Assembly: GCA_964388035.1 (NCBI GenBank)
Contig: CAYLZE010000005.1
Location: 35,742 to 99,741, forward strand
From: an uncultured archaeon
GTDB taxonomy: Archaea > Asgardarchaeota > Lokiarchaeia > Sigyniarchaeales > SOKP01
Direction of reading: 5' to 3'
Length of the DNA: 64,000 nt
The notes beneath the pieces are model-generated. The model saw nothing but the letters and a program-made list of their open reading frames with translations, was not told the origin of the DNA and did not search any database. The stretch's first letter is position 1. Every line of letters begins with the position of its first letter. The position numbers were made by a program, and so were the translations under genes. This document shows, in pieces, positions 62,146-64,000 of this stretch.

Positions 62146-63648
62146 ATAGAGTCGAAGGTAAGATTAACTTTTCTCGGAGGAGTAAATGAAATAGGAGGAA
62201 ATATCGTTCTTTTAGAAGATTTTGTTAAGGATGTTAAGATTTTTCTTGATTTTGGGATAAAAATTAAGAAGTATTATAAACACTACGAATCAGGTGATTC
62301 GGCCAAGAGCATTGATGAATTAATCACCTTAAATCTGCTTCCCAATGAGAAACATTTATCGGTGAAAAATTTATATACGCATGAGTTTAGCAACTTTAAG
62401 ATAAGAAAGAAAAAATGTTCTGATAGTTCTAATCAATCATTAGATGCTCTGTATCCTTCTAATTTAGACGGCGTTTTAATCTCCCATTCACATAAGGATC
62501 ATTTTTCTGGACTTTCATACATGAATCGCACGATTCCTGTCTATGCGGGTGTCGTGACGAGAAAAATAATCAATGCCTTCTATAAATCCTCCAAAATTTC
62601 CTTGAATAATAATTTTGGGCAGTTAAATTGGATTACCTTCAGAACAGGGCAGATTTTAGATATAAAAGGATTAAAGATTGTACCTTTTCACGTGGATCAT
62701 TCAATTCCTGCTGCCTATGGTTTTATTATTTACACTTCTGTTGGTCCCGTAGTATATACGGGAGATTTTAGAATGCATGGATCCTTGTCTCATATGTCAC
62801 GTGAATTCCTTGAAGAAATTCAGTCCCATCATATCATTCAATCAAAGAAAGTTCTCTCAAAGGAAGAGAGAAGCAGGATAGAGAAGGGTGTAAAAGTCTT
62901 AATTTGTGAAGGAACAAAAATTAATAAAAGTACTGTTGAATCAGAAAAAGAGGTGGAAGATAATTTAGATAAGTTATTTAAACAGAATCCCTTTGATTTT
63001 ATTTTAGTAAAATACGATAGAATTGATTGGGATCGATTTCGAACATTTTCCCATATGGCTAAAAAATATCAGTGGAAATATATAATTTCTGAAAAGGAGG
63101 CTTACTTTTACTATCTCTTGAATGAAGATGCCTTTCATATGACCATGAAAGATCCTAATATCCTCACAGATAGCCACATTCTTATTTTAAGGAGTAATAA
63201 AGACAGATTTAAATGGCAGAAGAAAATTAGAAAAATAATCCGCGTTAACCGAATGGCATATCGTTTGATTACTTACTTGGAATTAAAAAACTTGAAGGAA
63301 AAGTATTTCCTATACATCACACACCTTAGTGATAGTTTATTTAACCATATCAATTTTGATCGAAGGGGATTGTTTATATCCTCCTCCGTCGATCCTTACG
63401 TGGAGGAATTTTATGATAATACTAATGGCATTAGGTTAAAATTAGAACCACTTGGTATTCCTACCTATCGCATCCACGCTTCAGGTCATGCTACTCCACA
63501 TGATTTGATCAATTTTATAGATAGCATTCGCCCCGAGATGCTCATTCCCATTCATACAAAACATTCGGAATTTTTTAAAAACCTCTTTCGAAATTCAGAC
63601 ATAAAGGTCATCGTACCTGAAAAATATTCAGTGATTAATATCAATTAA
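62146..63648 (+). CDS. Metallo-beta-lactamase/beta-CASP nuclease (RNase J-like), copy 2; probable non-canonical ATA start
   Basis: In-frame LTFLGGVNEIGGN and FLDFG lie upstream of the track start 62362; SHSHKDH, VDHS, HASGH. Confidence 0.85.
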   Translation: MESKVRLTFLGGVNEIGGNIVLLEDFVKDVKIFLDFGIKIKKYYKHYESGDSAKSIDELITLNLLPNEKHLSVKNLYTHEFSNFKIRKKKCSDSSNQSLDALYPSNLDGVLISHSHKDHFSGLSYMNRTIPVYAGVVTRKIINAFYKSSKISLNNNFGQLNWITFRTGQILDIKGLKIVPFHVDHSIPAAYGFIIYTSVGPVVYTGDFRMHGSLSHMSREFLEEIQSHHIIQSKKVLSKEERSRIEKGVKVLICEGTKINKSTVESEKEVEDNLDKLFKQNPFDFILVKYDRIDWDRFRTFSHMAKKYQWKYIISEKEAYFYYLLNEDAFHMTMKDPNILTDSHILILRSNKDRFKWQKKIRKIIRVNRMAYRLITYLELKNLKEKYFLYITHLSDSLFNHINFDRRGLFISSSVDPYVEEFYDNTNGIRLKLEPLGIPTYRIHASGHATPHDLINFIDSIRPEMLIPIHTKHSEFFKNLFRNSDIKVIVPEKYSVININ

Positions 63649-63786
63649 AAAGAGAGAATAATCTAACAATCTATTTATCTTAAAAATCATCATAAAATCT
63701 TACAAAGAGAGGAAATCAATAATAAACTTTTTAATTCTTTCTTTTGCTTTGCAATATTCTTGCATTATAACGATTGAATGCTATAA

Positions 63787-64000
63787 TTAATGTTTTTTGA
63801 AGCAAATAATTCCCCCAAATTCATTAATACGAATACCAGCAAGACTCTCGTTTGATATAATTTTAGTTATAATCCCTTTATTTTCTGCAATCTGTTTGAG
63901 CCTATAAAGACGGTTATTTTGTTTAGAATTTTCAAGTAATTCATCTGTCATCAAGAGATAATCCAGCTTGTTAGCAACTTTTTTATCTTTTTTCCCTCCT
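63787..64000 (-). CDS. Partial CDS ending in an eRF1/Pelota domain-3-like C-terminus
   Basis: Manual translation ...LDYLLMTDEL...LKQIAENKGIITKIISNESLAGIRINEFGGIICFKKH*. Confidence 0.55.
   Translation of the reverse strand, partial: GGKKDKKVANKLDYLLMTDELLENSKQNNRLYRLKQIAENKGIITKIISNESLAGIRINEFGGIICFKKH

Overview
AT-rich archaeal chromosomal window, almost certainly Asgard/Lokiarchaeia: it has Lokiactin, a Loki-CTERM surface protein, Loki-type LRR proteins and a gelsolin-domain protein alongside PAN, aEF1B, Sm and RIO2. The main result is that the Lokiactin gene (7045..8254) is interrupted near its 3' end by two short hairpin insertions (8149..8181, 33 nt; 8207..8237, 31 nt). Each folds into an archaeal bulge-helix-(bulge/loop) splice motif: a 4-bp central helix followed on the 5' strand by an AAA bulge and on the 3' strand by 3 unpaired nt. 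Cutting after the 2nd nt on each strand (the EndA rule) restores the canonical actin C-terminus ...[19 protein letters not shown] (381 aa). These are candidate tRNA-endonuclease-type mRNA introns, separated by a 25-nt micro-exon, and the 3' UTR base-pairs back onto the exons. Splicing is inferred from sequence alone. Directly downstream is an accessory island: a repeat-containing double-LAGLIDADG protein, a TcmP + DUF5131 pair and VapBC. Elsewhere there are an orphan one-spacer CRISPR and a decayed TA pair between mutS/nagB and mutL, a triplicated ABC-2 exporter with homogenised ATPases, IOR and POR-type oxidoreductases, MetVF, a membrane-anchored gelsolin-domain protein and tandem RNase J-like genes. 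No tRNA, rRNA or cas genes were recognised.
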